64,000 nucleotides of DNA, taken from NCBI GenBank assembly GCA_947646915.1, contig CANSII010000003.1:5010-69009 (forward strand). The letters are read 5' to 3'. This document shows positions 1-9,867 of the stretch, in pieces; the stretch's first letter is position 1; the number at the start of each line of letters is the position of its first letter. Made by a program: the position numbers and the translations under genes. Origin of the DNA: an uncultured Clostridium sp. Its GTDB lineage: Bacteria > Bacillota > Clostridia > TANB77 > CAG-508. The notes beneath the pieces were generated by a model that was not told the origin of the DNA, did no database searches, and saw only the letters and a list, made by a program, of their open reading frames with translations.

Positions 1-137
1 TTAATATTACCTTTTTCGTCTAATATTGTTAGAGATTCTAAGTCGTTATTGTCCTCCATATTTAATGCTCTAAAAAAGTAATAATTTTCTTCATCTTCTA
101 TTATATTAAAATTCTTAATATTAAATAAACTTTCCAT
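1..137 (-). CDS. hypothetical protein, N-terminal fragment (gene runs off left edge)
   Basis: ATG at 137 on minus strand, open to position 1: MESLFNIKNFNIIEDEENYYFFRALNMEDNND...; no motif recognised. Confidence 0.3.
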   Translation of the reverse strand, partial: MESLFNIKNFNIIEDEENYYFFRALNMEDNNDLESLTILDEKGNI

Positions 138-299
138 TTACATTATTCCTTTGTTATGTTTTTTACATTTTATCATAACAATTATAAATATAAAAGATGT
201 TTCATATTTAAATTTTGTTTTTTGCACAAATATGTTACAATTCACAGCCTTAAAAATAGCAATATAAAGTTACTAGTCAGCCATTAAAAGAATAATAAT

Positions 300-447
300 A
301 AAGCAAATAATATTAATCTGAAAAAATGAGTTTGACAGTGGTTCGCTATTCACTTTAAGCAGTTATAGTGTGTATCAATATTTAGGATTTTTAGTATCTT
401 AAACGCCTTGGAGAATGGAATTTTTGAAGATTCATATTATTTGCTTT
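300..447 (+). repeat. R140 dispersed element, full copy
   Basis: Conserved blocks AAAAAATGAGTTTGACAGTG / TTATTCACTTTAA / TTATAGTGTGT / AGTATCTTAAACGCCTTGGAGAA, closed by inverted arms AAAGCAAATAATATTAATCTGAAAAA ... TTTTTGAAGATTCATATTATTTGCTTT. Matches copies at 15141, 24330, 30764, 40879, 59871 and 61043. Confidence 0.8.
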
Positions 448-520
448 TAATAAATTATTTAATTAAAGTTGTGAATAGTAACACAAATATATTATTTATA
501 AAAAACCGAAACTTAAAATT

Positions 521-3172
521 TTATAAATCTGCAATAGAATTAATACAAATTTTACTATCCAATTTAGGTCTATTCATCAATTTTTGCAACTCTATCACAG
601 GAATAGGCAAAAGAGAAATACCAATAGTAATAATCCATTGAACACCATTTAAAGGAACAACCTCAAAAACATTTGCAAAAACTGGAATTATAACAACAAT
701 AGTTTGAATAAACAAACCTAAAACAAAACTACCTACCAAAAACTTATTTTCAAAAAACCCTGTTTCAAAAATTGACTTTTCACTTTTAATATTAAAACTA
801 TGAATTAATTCAAGAAAACCAATTGATAAAAACGCCATAGTTCTACCAACTTCTAAGCCATAATATTTATTACCCATACTAAAAGCAACTAATGTCAGCA
901 TTCCAATCATAACACCCTCAACAATAATCTTATTCCATAATCCATCTGCAAAAATACCTTTTTTACTATTTACAGGCTTTCTTTTCATAATATTTTTTTC
1001 AGGATTTTCTAATCCCAAAGCAATTGCTGGTAATGAATCTGTAACCAAATTAATCCATAACAACTGAATTGCAAGTAAAGGTGATTTTAATCCTAATAAT
1101 AATCCCATAAAAATAGTTACAATTTCACCAATATTTGTTGCAATTAGAAAATGAATAGCCTTTTTTATATTATCAAAAATATTTCTTCCTTGTTTTACCG
1201 CTTCCACTATTGTTACAAAATTATCATCTGTAAGAATAATATCAGACGCATTTTTAGCAACATCTGTACCATTTTTTCCCATAGCAATTCCAATATCTGC
1301 ATTTTTTAAAGCAGGGCTATCATTTACTCCATCACCTGTCATAGCTACAACTGCACCATTTTTTTGCCAAGCTTTTACTATTCTAACTTTATGTTCAGGT
1401 GTAACCCTTGCAAATACTGAATAATTTTTAATACTTTTTTCTAATTGACTTTGATTTATTTTATCTAATTCTTGACCTGTTATCGCCTTATCTTTTTCAG
1501 TTAATATTCCTAAATCTTTAGCAATAGCTTTTGCTGTTTCTAAGTGATCTCCTGTTATCATAACAGTTTTTATTCCCGCATTTTTACATGTAGCAACAGC
1601 ATCTTTTACTCCTTCTCTAGGAGGATCTATCATTCCTATAAGTCCTACAAATGTTAGATTATTTTCAATTGTTGATGATTCAATTTTAGATGGTATGGTG
1701 TCAACATCTTTATACGCTACTGCAATTACTCTTAAAGCATTTTGTGCCATTTGACTATTATCATTTTGTATTTTAGATTTTTGTAAAACCTGAACTTTTA
1801 CATTGTAATCATTCTCAAATTCATTAATTTCTAAAGTTTCTTTAGTACATCTCTCCATTAAAACATCTGGTGCACCTTTTGTTATTATTCGATATTTATT
1901 TCCTATTTTATGTATTGTTGACATCATTTTTCTATTAGAATCAAAAGGAATTTCATTTACTCTAGGCATATTTTCTTCTAACTGACTTTTTATCTTTCCA
2001 ATATTAATACCTTCTTCTACAATTGCTCTTTCTGTTGGCTCACCTGAAACATTTTTTATATCATTTTCCACAGTTATTTCACAATCTGTGCATAAAGTTG
2101 CTAATTGTATTGCAAAATTCTTATTCTTTGCTCTTACATCTACTACTTTCATTTTATTTTGAGTTAAAGTCCCTGTTTTATCTGAACATATTACACTGCT
2201 ACTTCCTAATGTTTCTACAGCTGGCAATTTTCTAATTATGCTATTTTTCTTTGCCATTTTTGTAACACCTATAGATAACATTATTGTTACAATTGCTGGT
2301 AATCCCTCTGGAATTGCTGCAACTGCAAGTCCTACTGATGTCATAAACATTTCTATTGGTTCTATATGTTTTATTAATCCAATTACAAATATGATTATAC
2401 AAATTGCTAAACATGCTATACCTAATATTTTTCCAACTTCTCCTAGCTTCTTTTGTAGTGGTGTTTCAGGTGCTTCATCTTCAATTATCATATTTGCAAT
2501 TTGTCCAACTTTTGTATTCATTCCTGTCTCAGTAACTACAGCTTTTCCATGTCCATTTACTGCAATACTTGCCATAAATGCAAGATTTTTCATATCCCCT
2601 AATGGTATATCTTTTTTACATACAATATTTGCATCTTTTAAAACAGGTTCAGTCTCCCCTGTTAAAGATGATTCTTCTATCTTTAAATTATGACTTTCTA
2701 TAATTCTACAATCTGCTGGAACATAATTTCCTGCCTCTAATTCTATAATATCACCTTTAACTAAATCTTCTGCATGTATTTCAATTTTTTTGCCATTTCT
2801 AATAACTTTTGCAATTTGAGGTGTCATCTGCTTTAATGCCTCTATTGATTTTTCTGCTTTTGCTTCTTGTATAACTCCCATTAGAGCATTAAAAATTACT
2901 ATTCCTATTATTATAATAGAATCTACATAGTCATTTTCTCCTTGCATTCTTGATACTAAAGCTGATATTATTGATGCTAATATTAATATTATTATCATGA
3001 AGTCATTAAATTGTTTTACAAATTTTATTACTAAACTTTCTTTCTTTTTTTCTTCTATTTTATTCCTTCCATATTTTTCTTGCCTTATCTTTACTTCTTC
3101 TTCTGATAATCCTATTTTCTCATTTGTGCTTAAATTTCTAATTACTTCTTCTTTTTTTAGTGTCTGCCACAT
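521..3172 (-). CDS. calcium-translocating P-type ATPase (P2 type)
   Basis: Phosphorylation motif CSDKTGTLTQN, MITGDH, hinge TGDGVNDSPALK, multi-TM C-terminal half. The ORF-track start at 3181 is GTG; the ATG at 3172 follows AGGAG by about 7 nt. Confidence 0.9.
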   Translation of the reverse strand: MWQTLKKEEVIRNLSTNEKIGLSEEEVKIRQEKYGRNKIEEKKKESLVIKFVKQFNDFMIIILILASIISALVSRMQGENDYVDSIIIIGIVIFNALMGVIQEAKAEKSIEALKQMTPQIAKVIRNGKKIEIHAEDLVKGDIIELEAGNYVPADCRIIESHNLKIEESSLTGETEPVLKDANIVCKKDIPLGDMKNLAFMASIAVNGHGKAVVTETGMNTKVGQIANMIIEDEAPETPLQKKLGEVGKILGIACLAICIIIFVIGLIKHIEPIEMFMTSVGLAVAAIPEGLPAIVTIMLSIGVTKMAKKNSIIRKLPAVETLGSSSVICSDKTGTLTQNKMKVVDVRAKNKNFAIQLATLCTDCEITVENDIKNVSGEPTERAIVEEGINIGKIKSQLEENMPRVNEIPFDSNRKMMSTIHKIGNKYRIITKGAPDVLMERCTKETLEINEFENDYNVKVQVLQKSKIQNDNSQMAQNALRVIAVAYKDVDTIPSKIESSTIENNLTFVGLIGMIDPPREGVKDAVATCKNAGIKTVMITGDHLETAKAIAKDLGILTEKDKAITGQELDKINQSQLEKSIKNYSVFARVTPEHKVRIVKAWQKNGAVVAMTGDGVNDSPALKNADIGIAMGKNGTDVAKNASDIILTDDNFVTIVEAVKQGRNIFDNIKKAIHFLIATNIGEIVTIFMGLLLGLKSPLLAIQLLWINLVTDSLPAIALGLENPEKNIMKRKPVNSKKGIFADGLWNKIIVEGVMIGMLTLVAFSMGNKYYGLEVGRTMAFLSIGFLELIHSFNIKSEKSIFETGFFENKFLVGSFVLGLFIQTIVVIIPVFANVFEVVPLNGVQWIITIGISLLPIPVIELQKLMNRPKLDSKICINSIADL

Positions 3173-3317
3173 AATTTTCACTCCTTTGTTTTTCTTTTTT
3201 TAATGTATATGTGGCTTGTACTTTTTTATTACTATAAATATTTTCAAGTCAAAATTGCTTACACTTTATACAAATCCAATGCAAATTTATATGTTTTTTT
3301 AAATAATTTGCATTTTG

Positions 3318-3347
3318 TTGCAAATTATTTAAAAAATGTAGTATAAT
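3318..3347 (+). promoter_or_regulatory. sigma-A type promoter candidate for the AAA ATPase gene
   Basis: TTGCAA (3318-3323), 18-nt spacer, TATAAT (3342-3347), 19 nt upstream of the ATG region. Confidence 0.4.
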
Positions 3348-3365
3348 AATATTGGAGGAGAAAAT

Positions 3366-4556
3366 ATGTTAGAAAGAAAAGAATACTTAGATAGATTAAA
3401 AAAATGGAAAGATAAAGATTTAATAAAAGTTGTGACAGGAATTCGAAGATGCGGTAAATCAACTTTATTTGAATTATATATTGAATATTTAAAAAGTATT
3501 GGAATACAAGACAATCACATTATATCAATAAATCTTGAAAATCCAGATAATGAATTTAATAATTATAAGGAATTATATCAATTTGTAAAAGGACAAATTA
3601 AAGACAATAATCAACATTATGTATTTTTAGATGAAGTTCAAAATGTTCAAGAATTTCAAAAAGCTGTTGATGGATTATATATACTAAAAAATGTAGATGT
3701 ATATATAACAGGATCAAATGCTTATCTATTATCTGGTGAATTAGCAACATTATTAACTGGCAGATATATAGAAATAAAAATGTATCCTTTATCTTTTAAA
3801 GAATATTTAAATTATTATGATAAAAAAGCTGATGAAAGATTATATGTAGATTACATTAATAGAAGTTCATTTCCATATGCTCTAAAATTAGAAGAAAAAT
3901 CTGAAATCGATGATTATTTAGATGCTTTATATAATACAATAATATTAAAGGATGTAGCTCAAAGAAGAAGAATAGCAGATACATCAATGCTTAGAACAGT
4001 AGCAAAATTTATGTTTGATAATATTGGAAATTGTTTATCAATAAAAAAAATTGCAGATACTTTGACTTCAGATGGAAGGTCTATATCTGTTCATACTGTT
4101 GAAAATTACTTAGATTCATTAGTTGAATGTTTTATTTTTAATAAAGTTCCTAGATTTGATGTAAAAGGAAAACACTATTTACAATCAGGTGAAAAATATT
4201 ATGCAACTGATGTAACTATGAGATATGCTATATTAGGCAGAAGAAATCTAGATGCTGGACATATATTGGAAAACATTGTATATCTTGAACTTATACGTAG
4301 GGGATATAAAGTATATATTGGAAAAACAGCAGAAAAAGAAATTGACTTTGTTGCTGAAAATAAAGAGGGTTTTACTTATTTTCAAGTGGCCTATACAACT
4401 AGAGAACCTTCTACACTTGAAAGAGAATTAGCACCATTGCAAGATATAAATAACCACTATCCAAAATATATACTTACAATGGATATAGATCCAATAGCTG
4501 ATTTCGATGGTATAAAAAAAATAAATGTACTAGATTGGCTATTAGACAAAAAATAA
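3366..4556 (+). CDS. AAA-family ATPase with DUF4143-type C-terminal domain
   Basis: Walker A GIRRCGKST, Walker B FLDEVQ, 396 aa, RBS GGAGGAG before the ATG; architecture recalled for the AAA_14/DUF4143 family. Confidence 0.75.
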   Translation: MLERKEYLDRLKKWKDKDLIKVVTGIRRCGKSTLFELYIEYLKSIGIQDNHIISINLENPDNEFNNYKELYQFVKGQIKDNNQHYVFLDEVQNVQEFQKAVDGLYILKNVDVYITGSNAYLLSGELATLLTGRYIEIKMYPLSFKEYLNYYDKKADERLYVDYINRSSFPYALKLEEKSEIDDYLDALYNTIILKDVAQRRRIADTSMLRTVAKFMFDNIGNCLSIKKIADTLTSDGRSISVHTVENYLDSLVECFIFNKVPRFDVKGKHYLQSGEKYYATDVTMRYAILGRRNLDAGHILENIVYLELIRRGYKVYIGKTAEKEIDFVAENKEGFTYFQVAYTTREPSTLERELAPLQDINNHYPKYILTMDIDPIADFDGIKKINVLDWLLDKK

Positions 4557-4580
4557 AATGCAATATAATTTAATGAAATT

Positions 4581-4629
4581 CACCTCATGAAACATTTAGG
4601 ATATTTTGTCATATTATGTTTATGAGGTG
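4581..4629 (+). terminator. 14-bp stem-loop; probable terminator of the upstream gene that also sequesters the SD of the next gene
   Basis: CACCTCATGAAACAT (4581-4595) pairs with ATGTTTATGAGGTG (4616-4629), one bulge. The 3' arm contains the SD GAGGTGG of the ATG at 4635. Confidence 0.5.
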
Positions 4630-4634
4630 GTTTT

Positions 4635-5216
4635 ATGTTAATAAATTCCATAATTTTAGCTATTTCTAGTAGCATTGATTCTTTAGGAATTGGTATTACA
4701 TATGGAATTAGAAATACAAAAATTTCATTTGTTGGAAAACTAATTTTATTATTAATTTCTATAGTTATTACTTACATTTCTCTATTTTTTGGTGACTTTC
4801 TAAAATTGTTTTTGCCTGATTTTATTGAGGGTTTTATTGGTAGCGGATTTTTTATACTAATTGGTTCTTATATATGTTTTCAGGCTTTTAAAAGTAATAA
4901 TAAAAATTCAAACATTTTTAATGATCCTATCTCCTCTGATTTAGACCACTCTAATGTTATTGACTCTAAAGAATCTTTATTTTTAGCAATTGCTCTTTCC
5001 TTAGATAGCTTTTGTATTGGTATTTGTGGTAGTATTGTTAATATTAATTTGATTTTTTTCCCTTTTCTTATTAGTGGTTTTCAATTACTTTTCTTGTCTC
5101 TTGGAAATTTTATTGGTAGATATATTTATAAGTTTAGTAATTTGCCTGAAAATATTTGGTCCATTTTTTCTGGCCTTCTACTTATAGTGTTTGGAGTTTT
5201 TAAAATTTTTTGGTAA
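4635..5216 (+). CDS. MntP/YtaF-family membrane protein (sporulation membrane protein YtaF-like)
   Basis: 193 aa, internally duplicated hydrophobic halves with SIDSLGIGITYG and SLDSFCIGICG motifs typical of the MntP/YtaF family. Confidence 0.6.
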   Translation: MLINSIILAISSSIDSLGIGITYGIRNTKISFVGKLILLLISIVITYISLFFGDFLKLFLPDFIEGFIGSGFFILIGSYICFQAFKSNNKNSNIFNDPISSDLDHSNVIDSKESLFLAIALSLDSFCIGICGSIVNINLIFFPFLISGFQLLFLSLGNFIGRYIYKFSNLPENIWSIFSGLLLIVFGVFKIFW

Positions 5217-5323
5217 TGTAGATAAATGAATATAGATGTGATATAATTTTTTTATGTATAATGAAAGGTTTTGGATAAAAAATGATGAATATTTAGCACA
5301 AAATAAAAATGTAAGAGGTCGAG

Positions 5324-5839
5324 ATGATGATTAATAGAACAAAATACATCTATAAAACATATTTAAGAGATGTTAATAGATATAAATATAATTTCTTTGA
5401 AGATAAGGAAAATAATTGCTATATTTCAATAAAAAAAATATTAGAAATTGAAAATCCCTTTTGTACAAAACATGGAGGATGTTTAATTGATAATAATTAT
5501 TATATAATTGAAGTAGTTCCATTAGATGAAAACTATTGTATAAGACTTTTTATTGATAATAAAAAGCACATAATATTATATTATTTTGATATTACAAAAA
5601 AAAATGGATTTGATAAAGAATTTAACTCTCCATATTATGATGACTTATATTTAGATGTAGTATTAAAAGATGGTAGCATACGTGTATTAGATGAAGACGA
5701 ATTAGAAATAGCTTTAGAAGAAAAAAATATTAACAAAGATGAGTATCATTTAGCAATAAATAAAAAAGATGAACTTATAAAAAGTTTAAAAGATAATACA
5801 AATAAATTTATGAAAATTGATTTTATTAAATATTTATAA
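5324..5839 (+). CDS. DUF402 domain protein (nucleoside di/triphosphatase-like)
   Basis: YYFDITKK...YYDDLYLDVVLKDGSIRVLDEDELEIALEE matches the recalled DUF402 signature (D-L-x-LD ... lDedEl). Confidence 0.55.
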   Translation: MMINRTKYIYKTYLRDVNRYKYNFFEDKENNCYISIKKILEIENPFCTKHGGCLIDNNYYIIEVVPLDENYCIRLFIDNKKHIILYYFDITKKNGFDKEFNSPYYDDLYLDVVLKDGSIRVLDEDELEIALEEKNINKDEYHLAINKKDELIKSLKDNTNKFMKIDFIKYL

Positions 5840-5876
5840 AAATGTCCAAAGGAAAACTCCACTTTTGGACATTTTT
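5838..5876 (+). terminator. palindromic GGACA hairpin, terminator of the DUF402 gene
   Basis: AAAAATGTCCAAA ... TTTGGACATTTTT perfect arms followed by a T-run; overlaps the stop codon at 5839. Confidence 0.6.
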
Positions 5877-5958
5877 TGACATTTTTATGTAAATCTATTG
5901 CATTATTGGAAATTTTGGTGTATAATAAAGTTATCATGTATTAAAAAGGAGGCAAACT

Positions 5959-6180
5959 ATGAATATTGTTTTAACATGTAACAGGTCACGGAAATTTTCC
6001 CGTACTATCACTATAGGAGGTAACGAGGAAAAACTCTTAAAATGGCTTAAGAAACATGATGTTTTTCTTGTTGCGGAGGATCTTCAAGATTTAGATTTTA
6101 CTACAAAACTTGAAATTCCATTCAACAACAAAAAAACATATAAAAAAGCCGTTGATTCGTTCCGTAACTGTTTCTGTTAA
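5959..6180 (+). CDS. small hypothetical protein (73 aa) with atypical codon usage
   Basis: Strong RBS AAGGAGG 7 nt before the ATG and a strong terminator downstream. Uses CGG/CGT/GCG/CTC codons that are rare elsewhere in the window. No family recognised. Confidence 0.35.
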   Translation: MNIVLTCNRSRKFSRTITIGGNEEKLLKWLKKHDVFLVAEDLQDLDFTTKLEIPFNNKKTYKKAVDSFRNCFC

Positions 6181-6212
6181 ATCTTTGGTAGAAAATCTTT
6201 CTGCCTGCGAAT

Positions 6213-6248
6213 TGACCGAGGGGGAGATCCCCCTCGGTCATTATTTTT
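6213..6248 (+). terminator. rho-independent terminator
   Basis: 12-bp GC-rich stem TGACCGAGGGGG / CCCCCTCGGTCA with loop AGAT, followed by TTATTTTT. Confidence 0.8.
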
Positions 6249-6297
6249 CTTCTCAATTGTTTAACTTTTTGCTTACTTTTTTCAGTAGATTTATACT

Positions 6298-9200
6298 TTA
6301 TTTTTTCAACTTCATAGATAGTAACTTAGAAATACCACTCTCTTCCATAGTAACGCCATAAACAGAATCAGCAACCTCCATAGTACCCTTTCTATGAGTA
6401 ATAACCAAGAATTGGGTAGATTCAGTAAACTTCTTCAAATAATCAGCATATCTAAACACATTAACATCATCTAAAGCAGCCTCAATCTCATCAAGAACGC
6501 AGAAAGGAGCAGGATTAATCTTCAAAATTGCAAACAGTAAAGCGATTGCAGTAAAAGCCTTTTCTCCTCCAGACAATAGAAGCATACTTTGTAACTTCTT
6601 TCCAGGAGGTTGAACAGTAATTTCAATACCACACTCTAAAATATTTTCTTCATCTTCTAGTTTTAATTCAGCTTTACCACCACCAAACAATTCAGCAAAA
6701 ACCTCTCCGAAGTTTTTATTTATAACTTTAAACTTTTCTCTAAATTGTTCTTTCATAATTTGAGTCATATCTGAAATTACTTTTCTTAATTGACTCATTG
6801 TATTTTCTAAGTCTAATCTTTGTTCACTCATAAAATCATATCTATCTTTTAGACTTTTATATTCTTCTATTGAATCAACATTTACACTACCAAGTTCTCT
6901 AATGTCAGTTCTTAATGTATTTACTCTTCTTTGAGTTACAGCAACATTTTCTGGTTTTTGATAATCACCTACATTATTTGGAGTAAGTTCATATTCTTCC
7001 CACATTTTGCTTATAACTTCATTAATATCCTCTTCTATTTTTGACTTTCTAACTTCTAATTTTACAAGTTGACCTTTTAAGTCTTCAATAATTTTAAATT
7101 TAGCAGTTATTTCATCCTCTTGTTTTGAAAGTTCTTCACTTTTTTCTTGTCTTTGTTTTTTCATTTTCTCAATTTTTGAACTACTACTTTTTACATTTTC
7201 TTGTATTTGTTCAATTTTTTGAAGAGTCTCATTTATTGACTTCTCTAAGTTTTCATTATCTACTTTTATTTGTTCAATTTGACTTTTCTTATTTTCTATA
7301 CTTGCATTTGCATTTGCCAATTCCTGATTAATTCTTTCTTGAATTTCTTCTATCGAGCTTTCACTTTCGTCAAATGAAGATACAGAAATTTTTAAATTAG
7401 TTATATCAAAATTCAAATCATCAATATATTTTTGATCATCTTTATTTAATTCTGCAAATTCAGAAATAATCTTTGAAAACTCTTCATTTTTCTTTGTTAT
7501 TTCTTCAATTTGCTTTTGTATTTCCTCTTTATTTTGATTAGCCTCTCTTTTCTGATTTTCCAAGTTAGCTTGTTCTTCTTTTAATCTAGCTAATCTATTT
7601 TGAAGTTTTTCAATATTTTCATCTATTGATAAAACTTTCTGTTTTTGTGTAGCATATGTTATATCAATTTCTTGCAATTCTTTTTCTAAATTAGCTGATA
7701 ATTCAAAAGTTCCTTCAATAGAATCTTCATATTTTTCTTTATCCTCTTGTAATTTTTGAATCTTATCTTTTAGTTCTTTTAGTTCTTTTTCTAGTTTTTC
7801 AATTTCTTTACCTCTACCTAAAATATTAACAGTCTTTTTAGCAACAGATCCACCTGTTATGCTACCAGATGAATTAATCAAATCGCCTTCTTGTGTTACT
7901 ATTCTAAAGCTATAATTATTCTGTTTTGCAACTTTTATTGCAGTATCCATATTATCAACAATAACTGTTCTTCCAAGCAAATTTAAAATAATTTGTTCGT
8001 ATTTATTATTATATTTAACTAAATCTGATGCGATTCCTATTACACCTTTTTCATTTCCATTTATTTTATCTAATTTCTTACCTTTAACAGATGAAAGTGG
8101 CAAAAATGATGCTCTTCCTAAATTATTTTTTCTTAAATGTTCTACTAATCTTTTAGCATCTTGTTCTGTTTCTGTCACTATATTTTGAAGGCTTGCACCT
8201 AAGCACATCTCAATTGCAGTCTGTAAATCATTTGGAACATCAATAATATTTGCTAATACTCCATGCATTCCATTTCCAAGTTCTTTGATATTTTCGCAAT
8301 CTTTAAGTAAAGATTTTACACTTTTTATATAACCTTCTTTTTCTTTTTCTGTCTCTATTAAAAATTTTAGTCTTGATTCTTTTATTCTCATTTCACTTGA
8401 CAATGAATTTATATTTTCTTCAAATGATTTTATATTTTGACTTGCTTCCTGTTTCTGTGTTGTTAATTCTTCTAATGTTTTATTTGTTTTATTTCTTTTG
8501 TTTTCTATTTCATTAAAATCCTTTGCAATATCTTCTTTTGTAAGTCTTGTATTATCTAACTCTGAAATAGTACTTTGCATTTCTTGTTTTATCTGTAATT
8601 GTCTTTTTTCACAGTTTTCATAGTTTATATTTTGTGTGTTAATATCTGATTGTAACTCATATTTTTTATCAGTGTTTTGCTCAACTTGCTGTTTATAACC
8701 TTCAATTTCAATCTCTTTTGTTGATAATTTTTGTGTTATTTTATCAAGTTCTTCTTGTTTTTCTTTTAATTCTTTCTCAAACTTTTCTTTGTTTTGTTTT
8801 AAACTATCTCTTTTAGCCTCTTTTTGTTCAATTTCTTCTTTTAACTCATTTACTCTTGCATTTTGATCTTCTATTTCTTTTGAAAATCTTTCACTATTTT
8901 CATTATTATTTGCAATTCTTGTTTTAGCAACATTTATATCTGAATTTAATTGCTCAACTTGCTTTTGACTTTCAAAACCTACATTTGTCATATTTTCAAT
9001 GTTTTCAGTTATTTCATCTATACTCTCTTTTAGTTCTTCTTTTAATATTTTAACTTTTTCTAGTTTTCCTTCTTCATCATTACATTGAGATTGCATTATA
9101 TCTATATCTTTTACTAAATTTTCTAAATCTTGTTTATATTTTTCTATGTTATATACAAATAATCCTATTTCTATACTTTTTAGTTCTTCTCTTAAGTTTA

Positions 9201-9846
9201 GATATTTTTTTGCTTTATCCGCTTGCATTTGTAAAGGTTCAAGATTTCCTTCTATTTCTGTTAAAATATCATTTATTCTAAGAAGATTTAATTTTGTATG
9301 TTCTAACTTTTTCTCTGACTCTTGTTTTCTTGTCCTATATTTTACTATACCTGCTGCTTCTTCAAAAATGTTTCTTCTGTCTTCAGATTTGTTACTTAAA
9401 ATTTCATCAATTTTACCTTGTCCTATTATTGAATACCCATCTTTTCCAATTCCTGTATCCATAAACAATTCAAGAACATCTTTTAATCTACATGGTACTT
9501 TATTTATGAAATACCCTGTTTCTCCACTTCTGTAAATTTTTCTTGTGACTGTAACTTCTGTATATTCTATTGGCAATGCACCATCACTATTATCAAATAC
9601 TAAAGAGGCTTCTGCATATCCTAATGATTTTCTATTTTGCGTTCCTGCAAATATGACATCTAAGGATTTTGCTCCTCTTAGTGATTTCATGCTTTGCTCT
9701 CCTAATACCCATCTTATACTATCTGATATGTTGCTTTTTCCTGATCCATTTGGTCCTATTACTGTTGTTATTCCTGGCATTAGCTCTAATATTGTTTTAT
9801 CTGCAAAGGATTTGAATCCTTGTAATTCTAATCTTTTTAAATACAT
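6298..9846 (-). CDS. smc: chromosome partition protein Smc
   Basis: N-terminal Walker A GPNGSGKSN, long coiled coils, hinge, C-terminal LSGGEK signature and Walker B VLDEIEAALD. Start moved to MYLKRLEL (9846), the usual Smc N-terminus. Confidence 0.95.
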   Translation of the reverse strand: MYLKRLELQGFKSFADKTILELMPGITTVIGPNGSGKSNISDSIRWVLGEQSMKSLRGAKSLDVIFAGTQNRKSLGYAEASLVFDNSDGALPIEYTEVTVTRKIYRSGETGYFINKVPCRLKDVLELFMDTGIGKDGYSIIGQGKIDEILSNKSEDRRNIFEEAAGIVKYRTRKQESEKKLEHTKLNLLRINDILTEIEGNLEPLQMQADKAKKYLNLREELKSIEIGLFVYNIEKYKQDLENLVKDIDIMQSQCNDEEGKLEKVKILKEELKESIDEITENIENMTNVGFESQKQVEQLNSDINVAKTRIANNNENSERFSKEIEDQNARVNELKEEIEQKEAKRDSLKQNKEKFEKELKEKQEELDKITQKLSTKEIEIEGYKQQVEQNTDKKYELQSDINTQNINYENCEKRQLQIKQEMQSTISELDNTRLTKEDIAKDFNEIENKRNKTNKTLEELTTQKQEASQNIKSFEENINSLSSEMRIKESRLKFLIETEKEKEGYIKSVKSLLKDCENIKELGNGMHGVLANIIDVPNDLQTAIEMCLGASLQNIVTETEQDAKRLVEHLRKNNLGRASFLPLSSVKGKKLDKINGNEKGVIGIASDLVKYNNKYEQIILNLLGRTVIVDNMDTAIKVAKQNNYSFRIVTQEGDLINSSGSITGGSVAKKTVNILGRGKEIEKLEKELKELKDKIQKLQEDKEKYEDSIEGTFELSANLEKELQEIDITYATQKQKVLSIDENIEKLQNRLARLKEEQANLENQKREANQNKEEIQKQIEEITKKNEEFSKIISEFAELNKDDQKYIDDLNFDITNLKISVSSFDESESSIEEIQERINQELANANASIENKKSQIEQIKVDNENLEKSINETLQKIEQIQENVKSSSSKIEKMKKQRQEKSEELSKQEDEITAKFKIIEDLKGQLVKLEVRKSKIEEDINEVISKMWEEYELTPNNVGDYQKPENVAVTQRRVNTLRTDIRELGSVNVDSIEEYKSLKDRYDFMSEQRLDLENTMSQLRKVISDMTQIMKEQFREKFKVINKNFGEVFAELFGGGKAELKLEDEENILECGIEITVQPPGKKLQSMLLLSGGEKAFTAIALLFAILKINPAPFCVLDEIEAALDDVNVFRYADYLKKFTESTQFLVITHRKGTMEVADSVYGVTMEESGISKLLSMKLKK

Positions 9847-9867
9847 TTCTCTCACCATTCACTTTTT

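Noticed and set aside
300-447. R140 as an outward-facing sigma-A promoter (A-tract, TTGACA, later TATAGT)
   Set aside because: The TTGACA to TATAGT spacing is ~25 nt, far from 17 +/- 1. The hexamers at correct spacing (TTAAGC, TAACCT) are weak and not conserved. Kept only as a remote possibility.
2238-2693. Long antisense ORFs inside real genes: 2238-2693, 9146-9928, 13473-13787, 31855-32565, 39453-40070, 41428-41757, 42423-42755 and many 60-100-aa ORFs rich in L/F/I/S
   Set aside because: They lie opposite strongly supported genes, have low-complexity composition typical of the antisense strand of AT-rich coding DNA, and have no RBS.
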